64,000 nucleotides of DNA from Ginglymostoma cirratum (GCA_024137785.1 JAHRHZ010000058.1:20252534-20316533); one strand, 5' to 3'; positions 24,550 through 39,199 are shown, counted from the stretch's first letter. The notes: generated by a model not told the origin, from the sequence alone. Translations and numbers: made by a program.

Positions 24550-27230
24550 TTGTTCTGGTCATAATAATACAGAAACAAGAGTGGGCCATTTTGTCCATTA
24601 TGTTTGTTCGGCCATTTTAACACAATATGGCTGACCAACCAGTTCATGCCTTTTACCCCTACTATCCACATAGCCCTTTACTCAACATTCTTCCTAAAGC
24701 AATTAAATCTTCCTAAAAATGTTTTAGTTCTTTATCACAACACACATTCTTGCTTAGCCTTGTTTCATCTGCAAATTTAGAAATACTACATTGTTTCTGC
24801 ATGCCCAAATCATTGATATATATTGTGAACAGTTGAAGCCCAAGTACTGATCCCTGCAGAACCTCACTAGTCAGTCTGTCATTGTGAAAATGACACATCT
24901 ATTCCTGCTGGCAGTGTTTTGTCGATCAGCCAATCCTTAATCCATGCCAGTATATTACCTATACTATACTATATCAGGCAGAGCGGTGGCTCAGTGGTTA
25001 GCACTGCAGCCTCACAGCACCAGGGACCCAGGTTCAATTCCAGCCCCAGGTGACTGTCTGTGCGGAGTTTGCACATTCTCCCCATGTCTGTGTGGGTTTC
25101 CTCTGGTTTCCTCCCACAGTCCAAAGATGTGCAGGCTAGGTGGATTGGCCATGCTAAATTGCCCATAGTGTTCAGGGGTGTGTGGGTTATAGGGGATAGG
25201 TCTGGGTGGGATGCTCCAAGGGTCGGTGTGGACTTGTTGGGCCAAAGGGCCTGTTTCCACACGGTAGGGATTCTAATTCTATGTGCATTAATTTTGCTAA
25301 CCAATCTCCAGTGGGGCACATTCTCAAAAGCCTTCTAAAAGTCCAAATATGCTACATCCATCGACTCCCCTTTATTAATTTTGTTAGTAATATCCTCAAA
25401 AAATCTCCCAAGTTTGTCAAACATCATTTTTCATTTGCAAATCCTTGCTGATGAATCCCAGTCTGATCATTTTTATCAAGTGACCATTAATCATATCCTT
25501 ATGATATATAAATACAAAACTTTATTATTTACCATGCTACTGGTGCAAGGCCCGTAGCTCCCTTTTTTCTCTTTTGCTTCTTTCTTAAATAGTGGGGTGA
25601 CATTTGCAAACTTCCAATCTGCGGTAATCATTGCAGAATCAATGAATTTTGGAAGATGACAACTAATGCAGTGATTATCTCTATGTCCCAGAGTGTTGAA
25701 TTAGGTAGCTATTGCGTCTTGGGGACTTATTAACTTCCAGCCTCATTAGTTTCTCCATTACAACCTTCTTACTAATACTAGTTTCTCTCAACTTCTCATT
25801 CTCCCTCATCACTTAGATCTGTAATTCTGTGAGATTTCTTGTATTTTCCTCAGTAGAATCAGACAGAAAGGAATCATTTAGCTTCTCTGCCATTTCTCTA
25901 TTCACTATTAAAAGCAGAGTCATCAGAATTTATAATGGAATTATAAACTTATGCTAGCAAAACCTTTCTATGGGTTTGTAAACAAGGAAGTTCTTACAAT
26001 CCATTTAATTTTTTGCTGGATTGAATTTGTATTCCATTTTTCCTTTCCTTATCAGTTCTTGATCCTCCTTTTCTGTATTCTTAAACTTTCAAATCCTCTC
26101 AATTATTACTATCAGTGGCTAATTTAAACCTTTTTCTTTTAATCTTGTACAACCCTTAGCTTCCTCTGTCATCATGATTGACATTTTTTTGAGTTCTTTC
26201 CCCTTTGAAGAAAGGTGTAGTTGCTGTAAGCTGTTTAGTAGTTCTTTAAAAGGCTGGCCATTGCCTGTGTAAGTTGTGCATTCTAATGTATTTTTCTCAA
26301 TCTGGCTCAGTCGAATTCCACCTCATGCTTTCGTAATTTGCTTTATTCAAATTTATCTCCCTTGCTTCAGGTTGAACAAACTAATTTTCAAAGATAGAAT
26401 TTTGCATTATCATATTGTAGTGACTCATATCTAAAGGTTCTTTTATAACAAGATTACTAATTAGCCCTTTCTCATGATATAATAGTAGATCCAAAATAGC
26501 TGCTTCAATGTGCTGCTCTAGAAAGCCATTCCCAAGGCAATCCAGAAAGTCATCCTCCACATTTTTAGTGCTTAGTTGGTTTGCTTGGTCTGTATGCAGA
26601 TTGAAGTCATCCATGATTACAGTGTTGCACAAGCCATAGCTTCCCTCATTTTCTAATTTATACCATGCCCAGCATGACCACTGCTAGTTATTATAAATAA
26701 CTCCGACTAATGACTGCTACCCCTGTCAGTTTCTTAGTTCCACCCATATTCCAGGTACTATTTCTGCAATCTGAGATCCTCCTTTCCTAATGTACTGATC
26801 ACATTCCTAATTATCAGTGCATCTCTTCCTTGACTGTCATTCCTAAATGTTGAATGTTCTTGAGTGTTCAGTTCCCAATCCTAGTCACCAAACAGCCATA
26901 TTTTTGTAACTGCAATTATAACCATTTACCTCTATTTATAACTTTTTTACATTATCTATCTTGTTGTGAATTCTGTGTGCATTCAGGTAGAGTGCCCTAA
27001 ATTTTGTCTTTTTGATATAATTCCTCGTATTCAATCCTCAACTCATTTCTTCTAGCCTCCCTCACGACTTTTTCTGCTTTCTGTTATGAGCTAAACTCCC
27101 TCCCAACTTGTGTTACCTCTCAGGTTCCCAAAATCTAACAACGTTACTCGCAAATCTCTCTGAGTGGATATCAGTCCTAGTCTTGATGAGATGTAGCAAG
27201 TATCATCTTTTTCACAACTGGTATTCGTGG
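24550..27230 (-). mobile_element. CR1 LINE ORF2 fossil (endonuclease plus RT), internally deleted
   Basis: ORF pieces TVIMDDFNL...FLEQHIEAAILDL (APE domain) and QGSVLGLQLFTIYINDL...ISKFADETRL (RT). Interrupted by an HE1 SINE. Confidence 0.88.
24976..25283 (+). mobile_element. HE1-type V-SINE nested in CR1
   Basis: GGTGGCTCAGTGGTTAGCACTGCAGCCTCACAGCACCAGGGACCCAGGTTCAATTCC head and ...GTAGGGATTCTA tail. Confidence 0.93.
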
Positions 27231-27612
27231 AGCATTGTCAGGTAATCTCAAATTCTGCAGTATGCCAAGGATACTCTGTCTAGGGATAATTAAGATTTAT
27301 GATATTGACCAGGCAAATAAAAAGTACGCTGATAGTATTTATCAGTGACTTGTACAATATTTGGTTTATCTTTTCCCAATTGGATGCATTTTAAAGGGCT
27401 TGATGCTTAAACTCCTCATTCAGTGTAATAATCTGAGAATGACCAGATAGCACGATTGTCTGTGGCTTCAACCAAGGATGTTAATTTTTCTCTCTGGATT
27501 TCAAATAAGAACATTTGCAACTCTATTCTCACAAGGCCTTGAGAAGGCAAGCTGGAGTTTTCCAAATTTTACTGCTTTTTCTGGTTAAGTTTGCCAGTGA
27601 GGTTGGGATGGA

Positions 27613-28012
27613 NNNNNNNNNNNNNNNNNNNNNNNNNNNNNNNNNNNNNNNNNNNNNNNNNNNNNNNNNNNNNNNNNNNNNNNNNNNNNNNNNNNNNNNN
27701 NNNNNNNNNNNNNNNNNNNNNNNNNNNNNNNNNNNNNNNNNNNNNNNNNNNNNNNNNNNNNNNNNNNNNNNNNNNNNNNNNNNNNNNNNNNNNNNNNNNN
27801 NNNNNNNNNNNNNNNNNNNNNNNNNNNNNNNNNNNNNNNNNNNNNNNNNNNNNNNNNNNNNNNNNNNNNNNNNNNNNNNNNNNNNNNNNNNNNNNNNNNN
27901 NNNNNNNNNNNNNNNNNNNNNNNNNNNNNNNNNNNNNNNNNNNNNNNNNNNNNNNNNNNNNNNNNNNNNNNNNNNNNNNNNNNNNNNNNNNNNNNNNNNN
28001 NNNNNNNNNNNN
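27613..28012. other. Assembly gap, 400 N
   Basis: Run of N. ORFs spanning it are artefacts. Confidence 1.
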
Positions 28013-29429
28013 CTCCAGCATCTGCAGTACCTATTATCCCTCCACAGACCTTCCTTTTTGGGCCATTAGTTAACATCAGGAAAGCAGCATGTAGAAATTG
28101 AGAGGGGGCGGTGGTGAATAGAAACTGGCAGTTGTTTCCCCATTTCACAAATGGCAGGCATACTGTAGGTATATTTGGGAATGTTAAAAGCAACAATGGA
28201 GAAGTTAAAATGAGAGAGAAAATTCCGAGTGAAAAAGAAGTGCACTGGAAAATGTAATGCACTGCACATCCATATGGTGAAAGAAATCAAATGGTTTGAG
28301 TGTGCTTTTTATTTTGTTTGGAACTTTTATGGGGATATTTTTGGTATAAAATCAGGATAAACAGTGTATTTTTGCACAATCTCCCCAAAGTTTCTGCCGA
28401 TTCCTATAAAATGAGGCTCCAATGGCTTTCGATTCTTCAGTAGAGTATTGAATAAGCATTTTATTGTTGGAGATGCCATCCTTTGGGTGAGCAAATAAAC
28501 CAAAGCCAACTGTACCTCTCAGGTAGAAATGAAAAAAATCGTAGTATTATTCAAAGTGGAACCGGAAGTTATTCCAGTGTCCTCATCTAGAATTATATAA
28601 TTGTACAATGCAGAGGAAGACATTTGATCGTCTGTGACACCACTTTGAAGGAGTTCCTATTTAGTTCCACATTCCAGCTTCGCCCTTGAGATTATAAATT
28701 AGACCTCTTTAAGTACACGTTCAGTTGTTTTTTGAAAGTTCCTGTGAAATCTGATTCAGTTCCTTTTGGTAGTGTATTTGAAAGTGCACCCTTTAAAATA
28801 GTGCCATTTAGATTAAGCAGCTTTTTCATGTTGTTTCTCTGAAAGTGTGTCACTTTGTGTCTATCTGCCCATTTAAATACTTTGTCCTCATTTTTCTGCA
28901 GTGTGCTACTATACCATACTTAGAAGCTTTATATTGCATGTTAACTTCAGAATTGTACTGCCTATACCCAATTCCAGTTCATCTATAAACAAGCAATGGC
29001 CATTACATCAATCCCTTGATGACACCACCGAATACTTCAGACCTATCAGAAAAACAATCATTCAGTGCTGCACTCCATCTCTATGTCTTCATTTCCAAGT
29101 TACCACCATTCCTTTATTGTGTTTTTGTTTTCTGAATAAGTAACACTTTGTCAAATGCTTTTGACGGTCCATGTATACGGCATCTCCTTCACCATCTTCA
29201 TCAAATCTCTCTGTTACTTGGCAAGAATTTGATCATGTTAATCAGACAAGATTTCCTTTCAACCAAATGTGCTGACTAGGCTATTAACATTAACATTGGG
29301 TAAGAATTCATTTCATTCTTGTTTCCAGTAGTTTCCCACAGGATTTATCCATAAAACAGATAATTGGTTGTTTATCACATTGCTATTTGTGGAAACATAG
29401 TACACAGAAAGTGACATTTTTGTTTCAAA

Positions 29430-29915
29430 CAGTACAATGATGATCTCAATTGAACAGTACTGCAAGTTCCTTCCATTTCCTTAGGAATGATGTGAACGCA
29501 TTGGAGAAAGCACAGAAGAGGTTTACAAGAATAGTTCCAGGGATAAGAAACTTCAGTTCTGAAGATAATTGGAGAAATTGGGATTGCTATTCCCTTAGAG
29601 AATAGAAAGCTACGAGGAGATTTGATTTTGAAAACAGGGAGAACCTTCCTGCTTGTTAAAGGGCCTAGAACAACAAGGCACAGATTTAACGTAATTTGCA
29701 AAAGAAGTAAATGCACTGTGATTTTTTTTTCACAATAAGTGGTTAGGATCTGGAATGTGGTATTCAAGATGGCATTAGGTGATTACTTGAATAGAAATGA
29801 TGTGCAGGGATGTGGGACTAGAGCAGGAGAATGGCACTAAGTCGTGATGATCATTCAGAGAGCCAGTGCAGACATGATGGGCTTAATGGCCTCTCCCTGC
29901 GCTGCAGTAATTCTG
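29430..29915 (+). mobile_element. CR1 LINE 3' fragment
   Basis: gcattggagaaagcacagaagaggtttacaagaat...gaggagatttgat and tail gcagacatgatgggcttaatggcctc. Confidence 0.75.
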
Positions 29916-29939
29916 TGAAGTTACAGGCCAGCCTAACTT

Positions 29940-30145
29940 GAAACCATGTTGCTGTTCGTTCACTGTCACTGAGTCATCATCTGGGAACCTGGAACTGCCC
30001 TCATAACAATACTGTGGATGTTCCTACACCACAAGTACTGCAGTGGTTCAAGAAGACGGCTCACCACCACCTTCTCCAGAGCAATTTGGGATGGGCAATA
30101 AATGTTATTTCAGCCAGAGGCTCCAACATCCCATGAATACATTTT
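29940..30145 (+). mobile_element. LINE 3' tail of the family sharing its end with SINE family B
   Basis: ctgcagtggttcaagaagacggctcaccaccaccttctc...gggatgggcaataaatg...catcccatgaat. Confidence 0.7.
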
Positions 30146-30477
30146 TTTAAAAAGTAAAGTGCTTTGAGTTATGAAAGCTGCAAGTAAAATTGAATTTTGT
30201 TTCATTTCTTTAAAGTTTAATCATTATTTTAACATTTGTATCACCTTCAATTTGTAATCACCTTGTCTTAGATCATTAACAGAGCAATTTATTTGACAGT
30301 TTCAACCTGCAGCATGTGTATTCAATACTTAATAAGCAAAGCACAGTTAGTTCCTTTTTTAAAAGATTGCAGATGTAGTGAAAATGTCAGGCGCTAGCTA
30401 GATCTGAGCGAAAGCTAGTCGCTAAGTTGAACCACTGTCAAAGCTGCAACACTCTCACCAAGTCATCTCTCTTTCAG

Positions 30478-30554
30478 AACATTGAGCTGAAGGTGGAAGT
30501 GGAGAGCCTGAAACAAGAACTAAATGAAAAAACTGAGCTGCTTGAGAGAGCCTC
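30478..30554 (+). CDS. PDE4DIP: PDE4DIP coding exon, 77 bp (end of the CM1 region)
   Basis: Acceptor ctctctttcag, donor TC|gtaagt. Encodes NIELKVEVESLKQELNEKTELLERA(S). Phase 0 to 2. Confidence 0.96.
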
Positions 30555-33500
30555 GTAAGTCACATTTACTGCTTCCTCCCGAACCATTGCGCTTGCTCTA
30601 AAGTTTACAATTACTGCAAAGAAACTGTCACTGTTTCCACTAGGTAACATCTGTCTGGAATAGCAGTGTGCCCAATATATTATGCTAGTTTGAAAAATTG
30701 GATGATAAACTTGTTTGTACTTTTCCTTTATTTAAGGAAATACTTCACAGTGCATAAAATACACTATTTCATATAAATTTCTGCTTAAAATTATTTATTT
30801 GGTATAAGCAGATGTGCTACCAAGTATCTGGCTGCCATTTGGACTTCTATGTCTGCTGCAGACATAGTACTGGAGGCTTGTGTGCAAAAAAAAACATAGT
30901 ACTTCCCTACAGTGAACTACCTTTATAGGAAATTTGGAGGTTTTCTCAGAGGCCCTGTGAACAGTTCCAGAGTGCTTTATGGGTAGGGCATTCCTTTTTG
31001 CTGTGAAAATTCCAGTAAATCTTCCAGGGGCTGCAGTTTATCCATACATTACCATTGCCATGACTATTCTCTAATTTGTCCCACCTGCAGCTATGATTTT
31101 TCTCTTTCTCTTTGTGATCACAAATGTAACCTTGCAATTAGCTTAAAGCAGGTAAAATTCCATGGAGAGACAGGTCCTATCATCTTTCAGTTCTTTTCCT
31201 TCCCTGTCTGAATTGCATATACATAGCCATCATCCAGCAATTCTTCTCCCAATCCCCATGTTCTGATAACTAATCTGGACTGAGACCTTTTGGAGTGAGA
31301 ATTGATTTCTACAATTATTTGATTTCCCCTGGTGTAAAGATTGGAATTGGGTAGGGGATACATAATTCATGTTTCTTTTAAAAGTAGCTTTGAAGTTGTT
31401 TGTAAGTTAACCAGCAAAAAGCATTCGCCATATTCTGGTTTGAGTTATTGTGGAATTAGGTGATGTTTTCTAACCTTTTATTCAAATTTCATTTGAAGCT
31501 GGTGTAAGACTTGAAGCGGAATAGAGATTTGGAGCAATTGTTTGATCATGGGATTTTTGCAAGTCGATTTTAAATTTGACGGAGGGTCAGATTTTAACAT
31601 GTATTACTCTGCTGGGTCTTGCATTTTGTCCATTACAATTGAGACCACGATATGTTGAAATTTATAAACTAATAATATGCCTTGCAATATCTAAATTCGC
31701 GAGGGGAATAACTCGGTTTGGTTTGAGCTGCAACTTTTTCTGAGAAATCTCACTATTCTCTAACAAAACTGAGTAGTTGCATGGTTCTTAAATCTCTGTC
31801 AATGTTTATCTACCCTGTGGATCTTTTCCCTCTCTTTAAGGCGAGGAGTCATATGCAAGGGTGTGGTTCTACAGGCACCAATTGGTCATGAATCTGAGTT
31901 CCAACATTTCTCTGATGTTTAATTGTCTGTAGAAGGGAGTTCAGAAATTATCTCCATCTCATCTCATCCCAGCTGTTACCACAAGATTTTGCAAATGTGG
32001 GAAGTTTGAGGGAAGGCAGAAGTTCAAACCCAACTTTAATACTGCAGTGTGTCCATATAGGATTTCCATATTGGGCCATCAGGTGAGGCCCAGAACTTAA
32101 TCAAATCCATTAAATTTGTTCTCATTTAAAAGTGCTGTTTTAAATTCACTTCCCACCACTTCATTCCTTCGATCTCCCACATCAGAATTTGTAATATGCA
32201 GTGGATGACTAGCACTTGGTTATATGCTGAAATTCAGAGATAAACATATTAGTGCCATAAGCAGGCTTACTGTGGCACTACCTCCACTCAGTCCAGCAAT
32301 ATGCAGCTATATTATTGGCCATTAATACTGCTGTTAGCAGTTTTAGAATAATAGTCAAAATATTCATTTCGGGTTAGTTAGAAAGTCTAGCTCCAGTTGC
32401 AATCCTCCTGCCTGCTATTTCAAACTCATTTCATGACAAGTACATTTCAAACATTACGAGAGCATGGATAGATTTGTCTGCATTCCCGTCCGCAGGTCTT
32501 CCATTCAATAGCTCGAGCACTAGGCTTGACCCAGTATGGGAGATGCACCTAAGTACCTTCAAATGCAACTGGTATGAGACTATTTTCTGCATGGAGTGTC
32601 TCATTACTTCTTTCAGTGCCCAGCCTCCAGATTTAAATCTACAGTCTTAGTTCTGCAACAGAGTAGAAATGCTAGAGTTGTAGCTAAGACACACCTTTTT
32701 AATGTGTTGGTACAGCTGTACTGTGGAGAGACCAGTTTCAATTACTGTCATGCAGTATCGTGCAATCTCAGTTTGGCAGCATGTTGAAACAATACACAAG
32801 AGGGTTTGTTTAAATTCCACCTCTACTACTCTATAGCATTGACATGCCATTTATTTTAGATATATATATGTTTATATATATGAAAATGCACAATTCTCTT
32901 GAGCTTTGAGGGATGGGCTTTGTTAAATCATAGTCTGTAATCTATTTACAGTGTATATATAGTACTTGTGCTATACAGAGATTTCTGAAACGCAAAATGT
33001 CTGGCACCATCTGGTGGACTAGTCTTACAGCAATATTGTATATAATTATGTTACCTGGTCCTGACACATTTTGGTAGGTTTGTTGCAGTAAAAATATTGG
33101 TTCAGTTTTCACATTAGGAATGATGGTGAGGATATCGACATGAAGGATGTGACAATGCAGTATTCACTTACTAGACTTGACATAAAATGCTAGGGACAGC
33201 CCATTCAAGCGTGAGTGAACTTTTAACAGCATGATAAGTCTTCATTACTATCAGCTGACTTCTTTAGTCCTAAAAAAAACCCCTATAAATGTAGAATCTC
33301 ATTCTTTCAGATTTTAATTGTTGGAGACTTTATTTTAAAATAATTTTCCCTTTCTGCAACCTTTATCTCTCTCAATGACATCTGCTAATTAGTTTACTTT
33401 CTGTATATAATATATAAATAAATATCTAATTTTGACTTTTAGGTATAAATTCAAATGCATCTTATTAAGGATTCTTCATTAAGATTCATTAAAAAGACAC

Positions 33501-35214
33501 ATTTTTGCTCTTCCTACGCGAACACATCCTAGATGTTCTGTCGAGAACACCACACCTGAAATAGCTCTCTAATTATTGCAAGTTGCTGCGCAGGAGTCAA
33601 CAGAAAGTCTGTGGAAAGGTGGAAGTGTATTAAACAGCAACTGTTGTTTCTTCACTACTGACTATAAAGTCTAAATTAATGTTCATCATTTGACAACATC
33701 ATTAGAGTTTGTCTCACTGAGTTTCAATTTTGAAGCTTAACCTCTGTTTTGGCATGATCTGGAAAACATAAAGTCATCTTAATGCCTGCCATACAGAAAT
33801 AGAGGACTATGCTTGACAGTCTGCAAACAAAATCACTGCAAATCATACCTGCTTGCATTATGGATACATCCATCAAAAAGAATCAGTTTGGCTCTACTGC
33901 TTCTCATCACTAAGCATGTCTCTTTGAAGCTGAATAAAACCTCTGAAGAAGCCCCTGTATGTTTACAGAAAAATCATCTGCATTTTAAGAAAAAATCATT
34001 TCAGGATTCAGGTGTTAAACTTTTTAAAACACTATTTAAGTTTTCTGCCATATTTCCAAAAAATGTCAGAATGGACACAACCAGCCCAAAACCTCATGAC
34101 TGTACTAGATATATTTGGTTTTTGCACCCTCTTGTGGAACTGTTGTGAGCGGTAGTTCTAGTACAGAACAGAGTTGCTCCTGTATAATGTGCATGCAAAT
34201 TTTAAGTTGACTTTATACAGATTTATAATTTTGTCATTTTAAGTTGTTCACCAAGTGACAAGATCAGATGAATGAGTTATTCTGCGTAACAATCTGTACT
34301 TGGGAGACGTTGCTCAGTTTCCCCATTTTGCCATCAGTGTATATTTTACTTTTCCATTGCCAATTTTTTTTAATGGTTGTGGTGAGGACGGTGGTGTTGT
34401 AAGTGTGAGCACTAGCGCACGGTGCTGCAGAATTCAACAGCACATATTCTATCACTTCTGTGCTGCTGAAATAGGCTGCTCGCAAATGCAACGAGATGCT
34501 GAGCTGAGGCCAGACAAGTGTAGGAAAGGCTTATGTGGAGCACAGAATTGCATGTTTTCTTTGCCACTGATCAGGCAGCAGCATATGTCTATAGGTGTAC
34601 GCAACTCTGTGCTGGAGTCATGTGGAACACAAAATTGGTGAATGTGTGAAATTGGATCGTGGTAGGGTTTGATAGATCAGCCAAGCTATTGCACTATGTG
34701 CAAGCCACATGTCATTGACTATGGTCTGCACAGTGCTAGGTGTGGGAGGGTAATTCATAGGTCAGTTTGTTGCCAAGTCTCTGCCATTCATGTGAAGGAG
34801 GCTTCTTGAGCAACACAGCAGGGACAGGCCTGTAAGTGACTACTCCATCATTTATAGGAAGTATGATGAAATCTGTAGAACAATTTGGTGCCTGCGTTGT
34901 CAATCCAGCAGAGAACTTGTTAGCCATGCACTGTCATGCGAAATAATAAGGAAAATTTTACAGTTCTGCAGTGTGTTGCACCTCAATACAGCCCTTAAAT
35001 TGAATCTCCTCTTGAATGAATCTTTGCCTCATTGTTTTACGTCAAATATCAAAACATTGTTGGCAATTGATGCACATTGATTCATAATTCACAGTTTATT
35101 CTTGCAACTTTTTTCCCTTCCCCTCCTGCAACTGCTGCTTTCAGTTGGTCAATTCAACTGTGAAATTTTAATATCTGAAATGTAGCAGAAAATGTCAGCA
35201 GACTATCATCATCA

Positions 35215-36680
35215 TCTTCTTCAATCATTCACGGGAGCTAGACTTCACTATCGAAACCAGCATTTATTACCAATCTTTATCTTTGAGAAGGTATTGATGA
35301 GCCACATCCTTGAATCACTGCAGGAAGTGTGGTACAGGTATACCTCGTTTGATTGTGTAAGGACTTCCAGGATTTTGACCCAATAGTAGTGAAGGAACAA
35401 CAATCTAGTTCTATGTCAGGATGGTGTGTGACTTCAAGGGAAACTTGCAAGTGTTGGAGTTCCCGTGCTGGAGAGAATAAGGGAATCAATGTTCAAGCCA
35501 TTGGATGGGATGCTAATCAAGCGGGCTGGATAGTGTCAAACTTCTTGTTGTAGCTGTACTCATCCAGGCAAATGGGAGTGCCTCATTACACTTCTGACAT
35601 GTGCTTTGTAAAGGCTTTATAGTAAGTTGGGAGGTAAGTTACTCACTGCAGAATACTAGCTTCTGACTTGTTGTTGTGGTCACAGTATTTAAGTGACTAG
35701 CCATTTTAAGGATCTGGGCAATAGGTGGTCACCACCCTCCCCCATTGTTAGTGGTCAGAGATTCAGTGATTGCATTGTCATTGAACATTGCAAGAAAGTG
35801 ATTAGACTTTAATATCGGGGATGGTGATTGCTTCTCATTTGTGTGGCATAAATGTTAGTTTCCATTTTATCAATCCAAACCTGAATTTTGTCTAGGTCCT
35901 GACACGAGTGAACTTGGCCTGTTTTATTATCTGCATATTTGTGAATAAAACTAAACATTGCTCAGTCAGCAACAAACAACCCCACTTCTTCTATTATGAT
36001 GAAGAGATAGTCATTGTTGAATCATAGAAGATGGTTGAGTTTACAAAGGTGCCCTGGGAAACTTCTGCAGTGATATTCTGACTTTTGAGATAATTGGCTT
36101 CTAAGAAGCACAAAGAATTTTTCCCTGATTCCCAATGACTTAAATTTTATGAAATTCTTGATGCTATACTTGGTAAATGTTGCCTTGATGCAAGAGCAGT
36201 CACTAAAACTCATTTGAATTCCATTTTGTCTACATTTGATCTAATGTTTCAATGAGTTTGAAAGCTGAGCAATTTCTAGTCAAACCTAAATTTGAGTATC
36301 TCACAACCTTGAGTAACGAAATGGACATGGCCACTTGCTTCAGGACCTGGAAAGAATTCAGATTTGGGTTGATGAATGGAAGGTAGCTTTTTTTTTGCTG
36401 CACAATAGAGGCAATTACCATTTCCAAACATTTAATTTGCTCATGAGATGTGGGCATGCTGGCTGGGCCAGCATTTGTTACCCACCGCTAATTGACCTTG
36501 AGAAGATGGTCTGCCACCTTGAACTGCTGCAGTCCATTTGATTTGGGTTCTCCCACAAGGTATTAGAGGGGGAGTTACATTCCAATTACCTCCTCTTGAC
36601 ATTCAATGGCATTACCATCATTGTATTTCCCACCATCAACTTTGAGGCAGAGTGATCACCATTGAAGAGGATGTCCACAG
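35215..36680 (-). mobile_element. Rearranged LINE fragments (CR1/L2 group)
   Basis: Tail matching 29940-30145 in reverse, an RT motif near 36165-36195, a short + strand QDLERIQIWVDEWKVAF piece at 36335-36400, and a second tail inserted at about 36435-36570. Confidence 0.65.
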
Positions 36681-38611
36681 CCAAATTTGTTCCTATCTGT
36701 AACAGGCATGTCCCTGTACAATCTTGAGTAATCATTAGAAATAGAAACCTTGGCCACTTTTTAAAGTTTTAACTTGCTAGCTTGAAATATTAAGGCCTGC
36801 TGTGAGCGCTCTGTTATTATTATTACATCAGATATCAGCCGACTAAGGTCAGAAAGTGGATCAAACCTTAGACTTTTTTCTCTTAATATCACACCAGGAA
36901 GTACAATTTTCACTAATCCCCATTCTATGGGAGTCTAAATCACTTTAAAATTCAAAAGTAAGGCTGACCTGAGAACTATGAATTGTCAGGATAAATACTC
37001 ATTAGCTTTAAGTTCCATTTTGTAGGGCTTTTTTGTGTAAAAAGAAACACCATGTTGGCATTTAGGACTTAAACCTGATGTGACATGTTGCTGTAACAGC
37101 CTTCCCCTTTCATAGATAACAGGCATTGTTCAGCAGGCTCAAGCATACTTATGACATGCCATCAAGAGTCATAGTACTATATTAGCCATTACCATACTAA
37201 AAACAAGAAAACCAAAAGGTTAGCTCAACAACTGCTATGCTGTGAAGGGTTATAGTTTTACAGCTTTGGGCATATCCACTTCTTTCTTTGTAATGGTAGG
37301 AGAGAAATAATATCTGGACTAAGAGCAAATGATGAATTACACATGAATGAGTCATGTTGCAGAGTGATCAACACAATAAATGGCATTAACATTTTGACCT
37401 GTACTTGGGCGGTTCAACAGGATATTTGATCTCTAAGTTACAGCCCACAATTCATTAATTTGTGTGTATATATTAGACAGTGAGCCAGTTTTTGCTTTTA
37501 TTGCTGAAATAAATCAGACGTTACTGATGCCAGTTTTTGTCTCCATTTGGCTTCATTTTACCTGATGCAGCAATGCTCATGTTATCCCTCATAGCATAAG
37601 AAACTAGGCATGGATATCATGGTATTGAAGAATCCAGCAGACAATTACTATAGCCAGCAATTATATGTTAATTATAAACAGTAACATGCCTCAGACACAT
37701 GGGGCAGAATTTTCCCAGTGCCTTAACACTTAACAGGTTTTGGCACGTCCATTGAGAAAATAGAGTGAGACTGGCTGAAATTAGATTCTCAATGTTGAGA
37801 GGAAAAAGTCACTTCTGCAAAACATTTTGAATGGCGAGAGACATATTCGCATGTGTTGGCAAACTATTATTACCTAATCTAGCCTCACTGTTATTCAATT
37901 TCCTGTTTTCCAACTTCCAGCAAGAAAGTAGATGGTGACAGTTACAGAAATGAGAATCAGAGTGATTTAATTGGTAACTCCAGCTCACTGCTTGATCCTC
38001 TGGGCCTCCATCTTGGATATCAATCTTCAACATTTCAGAGCGTGCCCCATACGACTGCCTGCAACCCAATCCATGGATGTTGGCATTGGACATGTTCCAC
38101 CCTCACTACACTCGCATGGCATATTTCCGATGCACTTACAGTATGGCTCTGCATTTCAATGTTGCGTTTTGCAGAAACGCTGCACCCTTTCATTGTAGTG
38201 CTGATGCCTGGACACCTGTGCACAAATACAGGTATCCACCTCTTGGTTGGACCCAGGTGCATCCCAGGATGTCTTGCTTACTGTCTTAGCACTCACTGAC
38301 TTTGTGCCTACTTGGATGCTCACAGCATCTCTTCCTTGACTTATCTTTTTGAGCCTTTAGCCCCTCAGCCAGAACTTAAAGGTTCACAGAACTTTTGTCT
38401 TGCCATGATGTTTAGTGCAAACAGAAAGCCAGGTAGCTTGTCATTAATGTCAACAGTGCTCAGTCAAGGGGATGGACATGTTACTGTAGAGCACTATGCT
38501 GTGTCAATCTCACACCTGCATCATCTACCCACTGCATATGCAGGAAGCACACTGAATGCCATTTCCCTGAAGCACAATGCCTTGAGGTCTAAGGGGAATG
38601 TTTTTGTCAAG

Positions 38612-38957
38612 TTATTTTTATTCGTTAATGGGATGTTGATGTCACTGGCTAGGCCAGCATTTATTTGCCCATCTTTAATTGCCCAGAGGGAAGTCAATCA
38701 CTTTGTTGTGAGTCTGGAGGCACATTGAGGCCAGACCAATTAAGGATGACAGTTTCCTTCCTTAAAGGACATTAGTGAACTAATGGTTTTTTTTGAAAAT
38801 TGTTTCATAATCATCATTAGACTCTTAACTCCAGACTTTTATTGAATTCAAATTCCACCTTCTGCCTTGGCACGATTTGAACCTGGAACCCCAGAACATT
38901 ACCTGAGTCCCTGTATTAATAATCTAGTGATATTATCACTTGGCCATTGCCTCCCCC
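38612..38957 (-). mobile_element. tRNA-derived SINE (family B)
   Basis: Collinear with 16195-16552. Confidence 0.85.
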
Positions 38958-39199
38958 TAGTCAAGGGGCAGTGTCTAATATCAGTCAAGGGGCATGCACA
39001 TGGTCAGTTGGCCACTTGGAGCAGTTGGTGTTCCATATTGTAACAGTCTAAGGAATGGGCCACAGTCATCCCTGTAGGTCGAGTGCGACCAGCCTGGGGA
39101 GTCAGGAGGCTGCATAGAGATTAGTTAGGATCTGGTCAGTCATCAGTAGAGGCTGTCTATCCACTATAGTCGAGGCAAATGGCCACAGTCAGTCTTTGG

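Noticed and set aside
24976-25050. tRNA-like sequences in SINE heads (also 15720-15795, 52073-52145 and family B/C heads)
   Set aside because: They are followed by SINE bodies and lack a clean cloverleaf, so they are not tRNA genes.
27515-28262. Long ORFs of 150-225 aa in the ORF track
   Set aside because: They only read through the N gap.
35280-35296. TTTGAGAAG|GTATTG resembling the FEK donor of an upstream CM1 exon
   Set aside because: It lies inside a LINE tail and downstream of the exon it would have to precede.
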